Shown: positions 23,301 to 31,902 of the stretch, piece after piece | Numbering within the stretch: the first letter of the stretch is position 1 | Layout of the letters: each line of letters begins with the position of its first letter | DNA from: Clostridia bacterium | GTDB taxonomy: Bacteria > Bacillota > Clostridia > TANB77 > CAG-508 | Length of the DNA stretch: 32,000 nucleotides | NCBI GenBank assembly: GCA_017528375.1 | Contig: JAFXOY010000041.1 | Span: 22,480 to 54,479 of the forward strand | Reading direction: 5' to 3' | Position numbers and translations under genes: made by a program | The notes under the pieces: generated by a model | Seen by the model: the letters and a program-made list of their open reading frames with translations, nothing else | The model's database searches: none | Told to the model about the DNA's origin: nothing

Positions 23301-25078
23301 AATGGGCAAAAGATTTTGCATTCAATGTTTTACTACAAACAGTACATGCATTTATTTATCTATTATTTATAGGTGTTGCAATTTCAGTTTCAGGAAAAAG
23401 CTTAGGTGGAGCATTAATTGCAGGTATAATTCTTAACTTTATGCTTAAAGCGGATAAGATTATTATTAATATATTCGGATTAGATAAAGCTGGTTCACTA
23501 GCTACAGTTAATGAACCAGAATCATTTGGTAAAACAATTCGTGAATTTATGCCAATTTATACAATTTCAAGAGGAGCTCTTGGAATATTTAGTGGAGACT
23601 CAAAATTATATAAGAGTGTAAGATATTTCTTTACTGATGCAGATAATTTTAAAGATGCTAAAAAAGAAGTTGAAAAACAAAATTATCAACTTATGGGTTG
23701 GTTAGCAAGAAAAATAGATAGAACCCCAATTAGAGAATTATCAAGATTTCATAACCTATACACAAGGTTAGGTAATGACTTAGATAATGACACAAACAAA
23801 AAAATACTTGCAGCAATTAAAGATGCAAGAAAGAAAACAAATGCAAGATATTTAAGAAAATTAAATATGGCAAAGGATTTAACTTTAGGAACAGCAGGAA
23901 AAATAGCAAGCTTAGGTGTTGCAATAGCAAATCCAGCTGCTGGTGTGGGATTATTTTTACAATCAAACAAAATGATTAAAAAATATAAAACTACAAATAA
24001 AACAAAGTTAAAAGCACAAAAATATGGTGGCTCAACTGCTAAAGCTAGAATAGATTTACAAAGGGCAAACAATACATATAAAGTTGTTTTGGATAGACAT
24101 ACAAATAATGAATTAGCATATCAAGAAGAATATGAAAGACTACATGATATGTATAATAGAGCAACAAGTGATGCAGAAAGAACAAGAATTAATAGTGAAG
24201 CTCAAAGATTACTTGCTGAAAGGGAACAACAAAGATCTATTGAATTACACGAATTAGCTGAAGCAACAGATAAGCAACGTGAAGCTAAAAATGATTACAA
24301 CAAGGCTAGATTTGAAAACAACATGTTTATGAAAACAGTTGGAAAAGTTACAGGATTAGAAACAATTAATAATATAGCTCAAAACGAAGCTGTAAATGCT
24401 GAAAAAGCTGTTAAAGATGATGAAAAAGCAGAGAAAAAAGCAAAAGACTTAGATAAAATTGCAAAACTTGAAAAAGAATTAAGAGATGCTACAACAAACT
24501 TAAAGACTTTACAAAAAGAATATGCAGAAAAGAAAAATCTTTCAGAAGAAGATACAGATAAATACATTAAAGACAGCTTTAATAAGGTATATAAGCAATC
24601 TAAAGAAATTAATATTAGGTCTTCATATATTGCACAAGCTGTAAGCGAATATTTATCTAGAAAAAGTATTTCAAAGGTAACCGGGGATAATGTTGATGAT
24701 GTATTAGATAATCTAAAAGAAGTAATGGCAAGAAACAACAAAACATTCGATGTTACTGATGAATTGAAAAATAATGTAAAAGAAGCACTAGAAAGCAAAA
24801 TGCTAGATGATAGAAAAGGACTTGGATTAGACAAGAAAGATGCTATAGTAACAATAAGACAAGCTTTAGTAAAAGGAAAAGATCATTTACGTAGAGATAA
24901 CAATAATCAACATAAAGATACAGATGAGTTAGAGAAATTAAAACAACGAATTGAACAACTTGAAGATTTAAGATTACAAAAAATCAATCAAATTAATACA
25001 TATAATGAGGTTGGAAAAATTAAATATAAATCTTCATTAGTAAGTGTAAATAAAATTATTAAAGAGACAAATAAATAA
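20327..25078 (+). CDS. 1583-aa fusion protein: signal peptide, M23 (LytM) peptidase, NlpC/P60-like cysteine peptidase, VirB6-like polytopic core (paralog 2), long charged/coiled-coil tail
   Basis: A TTG start is preceded by AAGGGAGGG 7 nt upstream. The signal peptide ends ...TGVACA|ADIN. M23 motifs are HKGMD (H103/D107), YGHL and GDHLHFE (aa 82-205, nt ~20570-20941). The NlpC/P60-like region has HGMDCSTFVSAALWLAGY (Cys305 codon at 21239-21241) and PGDIIVVNWPDRRNGHTNIV. The TM core at aa ~700-1055 is homologous to the 382-aa and 651-aa proteins. The tail at aa ~1100-1583 is K/E/D-rich and helical-looking. Confidence 0.8.
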   Translation: MKKLFKKILIIWAIICMLLPTVFTGVACAADINYINTERAGNFASNFAINFYENWSSISLIEEDGGKGNSNAYINGNHNFVWPLTKGSYTITSEFGPRSLDNHKGMDFGAPKGTPVYSASSGIVKETFTTCEHNYGKDYNCGCGSGYGNNIKIDTGDGFLVIYGHLTDVLVNVGDTIKQGQQIGTVGSTGWSTGDHLHFELSTNNIEGLDVADYIDRIGNGGIIFGYKYSVNPRKFISDSATISSSDAGKSSSRVNATSVLAAGQQIYDNILLGNTNIAYVAYPGRDSEQIVNDKSYSEQHGMDCSTFVSAALWLAGYDDFKSTKNTYMLEDGCLSGEYVRKYGFGVYKTDRAGRVFQLDENGTAHELAGEFADRFIQPGDIIVVNWPDRRNGHTNIVKELTPGNSNKYLALDCGNSSNWQNQANYNANGGGTNFDIWTSVNWDAYYGGTSQAFLIRAGGTGRSTYNSSSKLITRGQIKTEYDANINPMDEVDPKTQENYKFNNISWIGFAYRNSLFNNNVDNILSGSGNSITINTSNFNDKTQIPGIKDVADDSKYLDIATLINEGKVKPGDILYSEYTFLDEDGNEKNVKEYLLYVGGTAVIYASEDPRVAASGALKYEYVESYLKRIRQRILAAHEDEEDFEMPKYGITQIYRIKDEVASKIPETDTNLFFNGKGYYSKTTYEGLPSKIALAQVKIDMVKWLFDALERVLEFLINLFIYILRMVILGWANLVENLIQHIVLGISGDNNDASIWNTVFGTSATSASGERITVESIFYNQIPILDANFFNLETAGGHEIFGEGAEGEYGIVYSLRNNLRNIYVVVRNVSIALMLFLLIFYGVRIAITTSSQKKAEYKKLLTSWLFAFGVVLFIHIFMFLVFEVNDTLVSTCKNWENEVARKNLSDIIQITNSQQELNLYDAVRTKAYAFDWHEGVPATVIYIYLIYLMIRFLIIYLKRYVTIYILALSGSFMGVKYAIDRLMGKKTKTLNKWAKDFAFNVLLQTVHAFIYLLFIGVAISVSGKSLGGALIAGIILNFMLKADKIIINIFGLDKAGSLATVNEPESFGKTIREFMPIYTISRGALGIFSGDSKLYKSVRYFFTDADNFKDAKKEVEKQNYQLMGWLARKIDRTPIRELSRFHNLYTRLGNDLDNDTNKKILAAIKDARKKTNARYLRKLNMAKDLTLGTAGKIASLGVAIANPAAGVGLFLQSNKMIKKYKTTNKTKLKAQKYGGSTAKARIDLQRANNTYKVVLDRHTNNELAYQEEYERLHDMYNRATSDAERTRINSEAQRLLAEREQQRSIELHELAEATDKQREAKNDYNKARFENNMFMKTVGKVTGLETINNIAQNEAVNAEKAVKDDEKAEKKAKDLDKIAKLEKELRDATTNLKTLQKEYAEKKNLSEEDTDKYIKDSFNKVYKQSKEINIRSSYIAQAVSEYLSRKSISKVTGDNVDDVLDNLKEVMARNNKTFDVTDELKNNVKEALESKMLDDRKGLGLDKKDAIVTIRQALVKGKDHLRRDNNNQHKDTDELEKLKQRIEQLEDLRLQKINQINTYNEVGKIKYKSSLVSVNKIIKETNK

Positions 25079-25095
25079 AAGGAAGTAGGTGTCAA

Positions 25096-27051
25096 ATGAA
25101 AACAAGTAAACATATTAAAAGAATAAGTTTAATTTTATTAATTAGCATGATTGCTTTAGCTTTGTTTAAAGTTTCTTATGGTGCAGATACTGTTTCCAAA
25201 GGCTTAACAGGTGCTGGATATTCAATTGTTGCATTTTTAACATTAGGAATACAGGAATTTGCATTATTAATATTCTTAGCGTTAAGAACATTAACAGTTG
25301 TAATTACTGGGGTGGCTAGTGAAGGTTTTGGTGGAACAATAGGAGATGTAGTATTTAATAGATGTGGACTTACATCAGCAAACTTCTTTCCAGAAGTTTG
25401 GATTGGAGAAAATCCACAATATGGCCAAACATTATCAACAGTTGTTTCAAGTATTAGAACTTATTATAATGTAATTAGAAACTTATCAATAGCAATATTA
25501 TTATTTATATTAATATATGTTGGTATAAGAATGGCAATATCAACAACTGCTTCAGATGAAGCAAAATACAAAAAGATGTTAAAAGATTGGGCAGTAAGTT
25601 TAGTCTTGGTGTTTATGCTACATTTTATTATGATAATTACATTTTTCATAAATAATTCATTAGTATACGCATTATCAGGATTAGATTCTGGATCAGGAAA
25701 TGCACAGTGGCTTGAGCTTGCAGGCTCAGCCGCAATACCAGGAATTGGATGGCCAGACTTAATTATATATGGAGCATTTACAATAGGTACAATTGCATTT
25801 GTATTAATGTATGTAAAACGTACAATAGTATTAGGATTTTTAATTGTAATTTCACCATTAATTACAATTACTTATTCAATAGATAAAATGGGTGATGGTA
25901 AATCACAAGCATTAAATGCGTGGTTAAAAGAATTCATTTTCACTGTAATTGTTCAACCATTCCATTGTATAATTTATTTAGTATTTTATGATTCAATTAT
26001 GAAATCAGTGACTGGTTTGGGAGAATTAGATTTAGGGAAAATGATATTTGCAGTAGGTAGTGCATTGTTTATGCTAAAAGCAGAAGGTATAATTAAGAAA
26101 ATATTTGGTGTACAACCAAGTAGCATTGGGGATGCCTTAGGAACAGGTGCAATGGCATTAACAATGGCAACATCAATGTTTAAAGGTTCAGGAAAGAAAC
26201 TTAATAAAAATAAAGGTGAAATGAAGAGAATGGATCAAGGCAAAGATGTTAAAACAACTAAAAATAAAGGTGTTCCAACAGATGTTACAGGAGCTAATCA
26301 AGCAGCTCAAAGAAACGCAAATGCAAATGGCGGACAAAACGCAGGAGCAAATGCAGGAAATGGTAATGCCAATATGCCTGGAGATATTTCAAATGCAATA
26401 GATAATGCTAGAACTGGTGAAAACCAAGCACAAAAACAACCTACATGGCTTGGAAGAAAAATTAGAAAAGCTGTAAGTAGACATGGTGGATGGACAGGAG
26501 CTGTTGCAGATTATGCTAAATCTAGTGCTCGTAAGGCAGCAGCAACAGCAGGTTTTATAGCTGGTGCTACTGTTGGTGACTTCAAAACAGCGGCTTCAAC
26601 TGCTACAGCTGCAAGTGGGGTTGCTAGAAATATAGCAGATGATCTAGAATACAAACATGCAGAAAAAATTCTTGAAGACAATCAAAAAGTTTATGCAGAT
26701 AGTTATGAAGACTTTGCTGATGAATATAGAGCAAGAATTAATGCAGAAGCAACTGATGAAGAAATCAGAGCAGAAATTGGAAGAATTATTGAAACAAATG
26801 GTTTAGGACTTGAAGATTGGCAAAGAGATATTTATGATAAAGCAGATCAATTATCAACAGGTGCTGAAATTATGGGATATTCAGATGGCGCAGATTATGT
26901 ACTTGACACAAGTAGATTGGCTGCTGAAGGTGTAGTTGGACATACAGATAAATATGTTCCAAAAAGAAATAGAAGAAATGATAATAGTAATAATAACAAT
27001 AATAGATTTACTGATAACAACGATAGCAATGACAATAGCTCAAATTCATAA
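25096..27051 (+). CDS. VirB6/TrbL-like polytopic membrane protein, paralog 3 (651 aa) with a low-complexity C-terminal extension
   Basis: It has a signal peptide or N-terminal TM (…LFKVSYG|ADTV). The core RNLSIAILLFILIYVGIRMAISTTASDEAKYKKML... and FLIVISPLITITYSIDKMGDGKSQAL... closely matches 17363-18511. The C-terminal ~290 aa is hydrophilic, with N/A/G-rich runs (NANANGGQNAGANAGNGNAN; NDNSNNNNNRFTDNNDSNDNSSNS). Confidence 0.7.
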   Translation: MKTSKHIKRISLILLISMIALALFKVSYGADTVSKGLTGAGYSIVAFLTLGIQEFALLIFLALRTLTVVITGVASEGFGGTIGDVVFNRCGLTSANFFPEVWIGENPQYGQTLSTVVSSIRTYYNVIRNLSIAILLFILIYVGIRMAISTTASDEAKYKKMLKDWAVSLVLVFMLHFIMIITFFINNSLVYALSGLDSGSGNAQWLELAGSAAIPGIGWPDLIIYGAFTIGTIAFVLMYVKRTIVLGFLIVISPLITITYSIDKMGDGKSQALNAWLKEFIFTVIVQPFHCIIYLVFYDSIMKSVTGLGELDLGKMIFAVGSALFMLKAEGIIKKIFGVQPSSIGDALGTGAMALTMATSMFKGSGKKLNKNKGEMKRMDQGKDVKTTKNKGVPTDVTGANQAAQRNANANGGQNAGANAGNGNANMPGDISNAIDNARTGENQAQKQPTWLGRKIRKAVSRHGGWTGAVADYAKSSARKAAATAGFIAGATVGDFKTAASTATAASGVARNIADDLEYKHAEKILEDNQKVYADSYEDFADEYRARINAEATDEEIRAEIGRIIETNGLGLEDWQRDIYDKADQLSTGAEIMGYSDGADYVLDTSRLAAEGVVGHTDKYVPKRNRRNDNSNNNNNRFTDNNDSNDNSSNS

Positions 27052-27082
27052 TAAAAAAGTAACAGAAAGGCAGGTGATATAA

Positions 27083-30000
27083 ATGAATGATGAAGAAGAT
27101 GATGTACTTCTTAACACCATGGATGATGAACAAAATGCGAAAAAACAACGTAAACAAGAAAAGCAAGAAGGTCAAAACACATTATTTGGAAGAGTAAAAC
27201 AAAATGCCAAAGAACAGGCAAAAGAAAAAACAAAAGAAACAGCCAAAAGAGAATATCAAAAGTATAAAAAGGCAAAAAAAGTTGCTAAAAAAGCTGGAAA
27301 AGTAGCCGGCGGTGCAGCCAAAGTTGCAAATCCTGTTGGAGCAACAGTATTTCTAATTATATTAATAATTATAATAATTATAGGTATCATTTCATTTATA
27401 ACATCAATGCCTGGTCTTGTTCAACAAGAAATAATGAAAAAGGTCATGGGAGCTAAAGATTTGCTATCATACACACTTGGAGGAAGTGACTATTACCTAA
27501 CAGATTTAGCAACATCAGAAGAAGGAGAAAAATATAGAAAAGATGTTTTAAAATACTTAAACGATATGGGACTTGACCCTGCTGGTTTCGGATTTGCACC
27601 ATTTTTCCGTGTGAATTCTGATGGTGAAGTAGAATATGATACATCAATTGCAATAGATGATGTTCCAGGAGTACATGAATTATTTAGTGCTTTGGTAGCA
27701 AACTGGAAAGCACAAAAGAGAATTGAAAATCAAGATTTAATTTTTAAATATCTTGTATCAAATGAAAGAACATATTTAGTTGATGATGACTCAAAAGCAA
27801 CAAAAGTAATTGAAAAACTAGGAGTTACACCTATTTATGAAAGCTTATTTGGTTCTACTAAGCTAAAAGGTATGATAAAAATGAGACTAGAAGGTGGCTT
27901 GGGAAATGACCAATGGCATACATTTACAGTTGACAGAGAAAATCAACAATTAATTATCGCAACAGCTAATTTAAGCGAAACAAAGTTTAAATTAAAAGAA
28001 GGCGAAGACGGATTCTTTAAAAAAGCATTAAAATCAGGTTTAGTAGGTGGAGTTATAGGTTCATTTATAGGTGATTCTGATGTAGCAGTTGATGTTCCAA
28101 TTCAAATGGCAACTTATGATTTAAGTTCATATGCTGGTAGATATGGAACTCCACTAGAAATGCTTTTAGCACTACACTTAGCAACAATGACATCAGATTT
28201 AACAGATGAAATGGTTACTAATGAAAATTTGCAAACTGAGTTAAGCTTAAAAGTGAAATTAGATTCATATGACACAGATTATGAAGTCTCATATAACGGA
28301 AAAACATTACCTGCCAAAATAGGTGATTATGGATTTGCTGAACCAGACATGCATGAGTATATTTATTATGATGATGATAATGTCGCTCGTGTAACTGCAG
28401 GTTCAGAAAGGGCTGGAATTACAATAAGAAGCTTACGTAATTGGGCAAACAAAATAACACAACACAAAAACTTAAATTTAGCAGCAGACCAACAAACAGT
28501 AAGAGCAATTGAAGCTAAAAATGCACTTTTAGGAAATGGAGAATTCTATATTGACTATAGAATGCTAGAAAATATAGGTGACCTTGATGTGCGTGATGCA
28601 ATGGGGTTAAGAAAAGGTACAAGTAATGATGCAATTTATATAGGTCCTGCTGAGGGGATTTCAAATAATGGAAATATAATACTTCATGGTTTACCATATT
28701 ACATAAATGGTAATGAAAAAGAAATTCGAAATGACGAATATACACGAAATGGAATTACATATATATTAAGTCAATTAGACGCGTGCTTAGTTTACGAAGA
28801 ATTAGAATTAATTTCAAATTATGAATTTAATGAAGACAATTTATTATTAGCGCAACAATGGATGGATTTCATTTCTGATGAATCAAATTTAACAGATGAA
28901 AGAATCCATGAAGAGTTAGTTAATTTATCAAAAAATGTTACAAATTATTTTGATATAATTGAACATAAAGAAGAAAAAATGCAAAATGTAATCGACAGTT
29001 ATTTAGGAGTACATTTAACTCCAGATGATTTACAAGCAATTATAAATAGTGCAAAAGACTTACCAGGAGAATATGAATTTGCAATGCCAAGAATTGAGCA
29101 TGTAATCAAGCACTGGTATAAAGATGTCATATTTGAAAATAAGAATATAGATGGAGTTTATGATTCATCAAGTGAAGCCATTCGTGCACCTATTTCAGAT
29201 ATTGAAACAACAAATGGAGATAAAATACAAATCACGGCAATATTAACAGATGGAAAAGCTTATAGCCAATCAGGACAACCATATGTTGTTAAAGGGGATG
29301 TTGTTACACTTGACGGAGAAGTTGTTGAAGATTCAGGTGTTGAAAATTTAACATTTTCTGGAGGATATAAAGTAGGTGATGGATATAGAACAACCAAAAA
29401 ATTATTTACTCAAGGTCAATACTATATCTTTGACGGTTCAAGAGAAACATCTCAATCAATTTACTATGCAAAAGAATTGGAAAAATTAAAACCAAATTCT
29501 AATAATGAATTTGCAATTGTACATGTTCAAAACGGAAGAATATCAATATTAAACTCTGCTGGCGTAGGCGGAAATCCATTAGAAATAATTGGAGATTCTT
29601 ATAGTGCGGGACAATGGAATACAAGTACTCAATTTGTTGGTGATAAAAGAATTAAGGCTAATTTAGGTTCAACAGTAATAAATGATGAAAATGGAAATTG
29701 GTCAGTATTCTTAGCAAAGGCTTATGATTCAGGGGCAAATATTTATTATGTTAAAGCAAATGCTGATTTAAAATATTTATCACCTGCAGATTATACTTAT
29801 GAAGAAAGTAAAAAATCAGTTGAAAAGATAAATTCTTTACTAGAAGCAATGGGTGTTGTAACAATAAGAAAACCAATAAGTTTTGACAACACAACTGCAA
29901 ATGGTGAAATTACAACATTAACGGCATTTGAAATTCTTGAAGGAATGCACACAGAAGCTGCAGAAGATGTATATAAAGATTTAAAAGAAATGTTAATAGA

Positions 30001-31249
30001 ATTAGGATATTTTTCAAAAGCAGAATTTGATCAAATTTCTACTAATGTTTTAGACTGGTTTATTCCAGACTATACTCCACGTTCAAAACAATGGAGACAA
30101 AACAGAGAAGAAGATGATTTATATTATGGTGCAATATTATATCCTGCAAGTATGGCAGAAACAACAGATTCTGAAAATGATTCAGAAAATACTGAAATTG
30201 GATTTGAACCAGATTTAGATGTAATAGCACCAGGAAATGCTCGTATTAAGGAATTAAGAGATGATGGAATAACTTTAGTATTTGACGGAATTTCAGAGCC
30301 AGAAATAGGAGCATTAGACAAATATTCAATGAGTATTGATGGAATTGTAATTGATAGAAATGCTGTAGTAAATGTGATTGATTCAAATGGTGAAGAAAGT
30401 GAAATGTCTTTACAAAGTGTATTTGAAAGTGAAGGTAAATATATTGTTAAAGTTGGAGAAATTATAGGACATACTGGAAATACAAAGATTCAAGTAATTT
30501 TAAAGAATAGTAAAGAGGGTTATATAGACAACATTGAAGACTATATGGCACCAGCGTTAAGTGCAACACCAGTAGTATCAGCTTCAGATGAAGCATATTT
30601 CTATTTCTCACCATATGAAGGAAGACCAGAGTCAGTTGGTGGACGTAATGGTAATGAAGTTGCAGTAGGTATTTGTCAATGGACAACAATAAATGGTTCT
30701 TATAATAATATAAGCCCATTCTGCAAATGGTTAGTAGAGCAAGATGCATCATTATGTGGTGAATTAGAAACATTTGTATACTGGACTGCGCAAGACTTTG
30801 TTGATGATTATTATGGAGCTGGACAATTAAAGAAAGCTTTCGAAAAAGTAAATTATAGAGATAGTACTAAATTTAGACAATTACAAGAAACATATGCTAA
30901 GAACGAAAAAGAGCAAATTATTAGAAATTTAGGACTAGGATGGGTATTAGAAAAAAATCCAGTAACAGCGGGAACATTATTCTCACTGGTTAACTGGGGA
31001 CCATACATGGGTTGGGAGAACCAGATTGACCAATCTATGTCTGATGAGCAAATAATTAAAGCATTATTAAAATATGCATGTACAAAAAATTCAACTGCAG
31101 GTTCATTAAATGCAAGATGGGAATCTCAAGCAAAACTTGCAATAGATATATTATATGGTAACTTTACAGATATATCTGGATGGCGTGCAAATCCAGCTCA
31201 ATATCCACAATATGGACAAGGAAATAATGCTGGATATTTAACAAAATAA
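27083..31249 (+). CDS. 1388-aa bitopic envelope protein: K/E-rich cytoplasmic N-terminus, one TM, large external region ending in a degenerate LytM-like segment and a lysozyme-like domain (PrgK/CwlT-analogous)
   Basis: AGGTGAT lies upstream of ATG 27083. The TM is VGATVFLIILIIIIIIGIISFITS (aa ~86-108). The degenerate LytM-like segment is at aa ~1040-1156 (VIAPGNARIKEL...VKVGEIIGHTGNTKIQVILKNSKEGYIDNIEDYM) and has no HxxxD or HxH. Residues ~1170-1365 contain EVAVGICQWTT...FCKWL..., which resembles the GIxQW motif of the phage-tail-lysozyme/CwlT N-domain type. That recollection is from memory and unverified. Confidence 0.65.
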   Translation: MNDEEDDVLLNTMDDEQNAKKQRKQEKQEGQNTLFGRVKQNAKEQAKEKTKETAKREYQKYKKAKKVAKKAGKVAGGAAKVANPVGATVFLIILIIIIIIGIISFITSMPGLVQQEIMKKVMGAKDLLSYTLGGSDYYLTDLATSEEGEKYRKDVLKYLNDMGLDPAGFGFAPFFRVNSDGEVEYDTSIAIDDVPGVHELFSALVANWKAQKRIENQDLIFKYLVSNERTYLVDDDSKATKVIEKLGVTPIYESLFGSTKLKGMIKMRLEGGLGNDQWHTFTVDRENQQLIIATANLSETKFKLKEGEDGFFKKALKSGLVGGVIGSFIGDSDVAVDVPIQMATYDLSSYAGRYGTPLEMLLALHLATMTSDLTDEMVTNENLQTELSLKVKLDSYDTDYEVSYNGKTLPAKIGDYGFAEPDMHEYIYYDDDNVARVTAGSERAGITIRSLRNWANKITQHKNLNLAADQQTVRAIEAKNALLGNGEFYIDYRMLENIGDLDVRDAMGLRKGTSNDAIYIGPAEGISNNGNIILHGLPYYINGNEKEIRNDEYTRNGITYILSQLDACLVYEELELISNYEFNEDNLLLAQQWMDFISDESNLTDERIHEELVNLSKNVTNYFDIIEHKEEKMQNVIDSYLGVHLTPDDLQAIINSAKDLPGEYEFAMPRIEHVIKHWYKDVIFENKNIDGVYDSSSEAIRAPISDIETTNGDKIQITAILTDGKAYSQSGQPYVVKGDVVTLDGEVVEDSGVENLTFSGGYKVGDGYRTTKKLFTQGQYYIFDGSRETSQSIYYAKELEKLKPNSNNEFAIVHVQNGRISILNSAGVGGNPLEIIGDSYSAGQWNTSTQFVGDKRIKANLGSTVINDENGNWSVFLAKAYDSGANIYYVKANADLKYLSPADYTYEESKKSVEKINSLLEAMGVVTIRKPISFDNTTANGEITTLTAFEILEGMHTEAAEDVYKDLKEMLIELGYFSKAEFDQISTNVLDWFIPDYTPRSKQWRQNREEDDLYYGAILYPASMAETTDSENDSENTEIGFEPDLDVIAPGNARIKELRDDGITLVFDGISEPEIGALDKYSMSIDGIVIDRNAVVNVIDSNGEESEMSLQSVFESEGKYIVKVGEIIGHTGNTKIQVILKNSKEGYIDNIEDYMAPALSATPVVSASDEAYFYFSPYEGRPESVGGRNGNEVAVGICQWTTINGSYNNISPFCKWLVEQDASLCGELETFVYWTAQDFVDDYYGAGQLKKAFEKVNYRDSTKFRQLQETYAKNEKEQIIRNLGLGWVLEKNPVTAGTLFSLVNWGPYMGWENQIDQSMSDEQIIKALLKYACTKNSTAGSLNARWESQAKLAIDILYGNFTDISGWRANPAQYPQYGQGNNAGYLTK

Positions 31250-31270
31250 TATTATTTTTGAGGTGTCATT

Positions 31271-31861
31271 ATGAGTAAAAAAAGTTTGGTTAGATTATTA
31301 TGTATTTTATTAATTATTATATTATCATTAAGTATAATAGTTTTAATTAATAAAAATAAGAGAAATAACAAAACAGATAATCAAGAACAAGCAAATCAAG
31401 AGGTTATTATTCCAATTGATGAAGATGTTATAATACCAGGAGATTCATATATATTTTTTGGAAAATACATTCATGGAAAAGTAAGTTCAAAAACTATATA
31501 TAACACTATTAATTATTGTACAAAAACAATAATTCCAAAGTATTATTCAGACTTAAAAGATGCAAGTGATAATGACATCTCAAATTATTTTGAAAATAAT
31601 AAAACTGAAATATGGAAATTATTTAATATAGATAATAAGCAAGATTTCTTAAGTTTAATTAAAGAACTTAAACAGCTAAATTTAGAAAACTTAGAATTGG
31701 CAGCAGTTGATTTTGTAGAAGATGATATAAAAGTAAATAATGATTCAACAGACGCTAAATTAATTATTACATATAATAAAGATAGAAAAATAGAAATTTA
31801 TATGAAAGTATATAGAGAATTACAAAAGTTTAATAGAAATATAGTTTTCTATAATAAATAA
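31271..31861 (+). CDS. Small bitopic membrane-anchored protein, function unknown
   Basis: GAGGTG lies 5 nt upstream. The N-terminal TM is LVRLLCILLIIILSLSIIVLI, followed by a ~160-aa hydrophilic domain. It is co-directional within the operon. Confidence 0.7.
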   Translation: MSKKSLVRLLCILLIIILSLSIIVLINKNKRNNKTDNQEQANQEVIIPIDEDVIIPGDSYIFFGKYIHGKVSSKTIYNTINYCTKTIIPKYYSDLKDASDNDISNYFENNKTEIWKLFNIDNKQDFLSLIKELKQLNLENLELAAVDFVEDDIKVNNDSTDAKLIITYNKDRKIEIYMKVYRELQKFNRNIVFYNK

Positions 31862-31902
31862 GTAATTATAAAAATCTAAATAAAAAATATAGGAGCAAAA
31901 TT

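Noticed and set aside
13222-30773. Antisense ORFs inside the T4SS-like genes (e.g. 15534-16082 at 182 aa, 23749-24072, 24379-24834 at 151 aa, 30462-30773)
   Set aside because: Each lies wholly within a well-supported plus-strand gene. Their composition is low-complexity (Ser/Phe/Leu-rich), and they have no RBS or recognisable motif.
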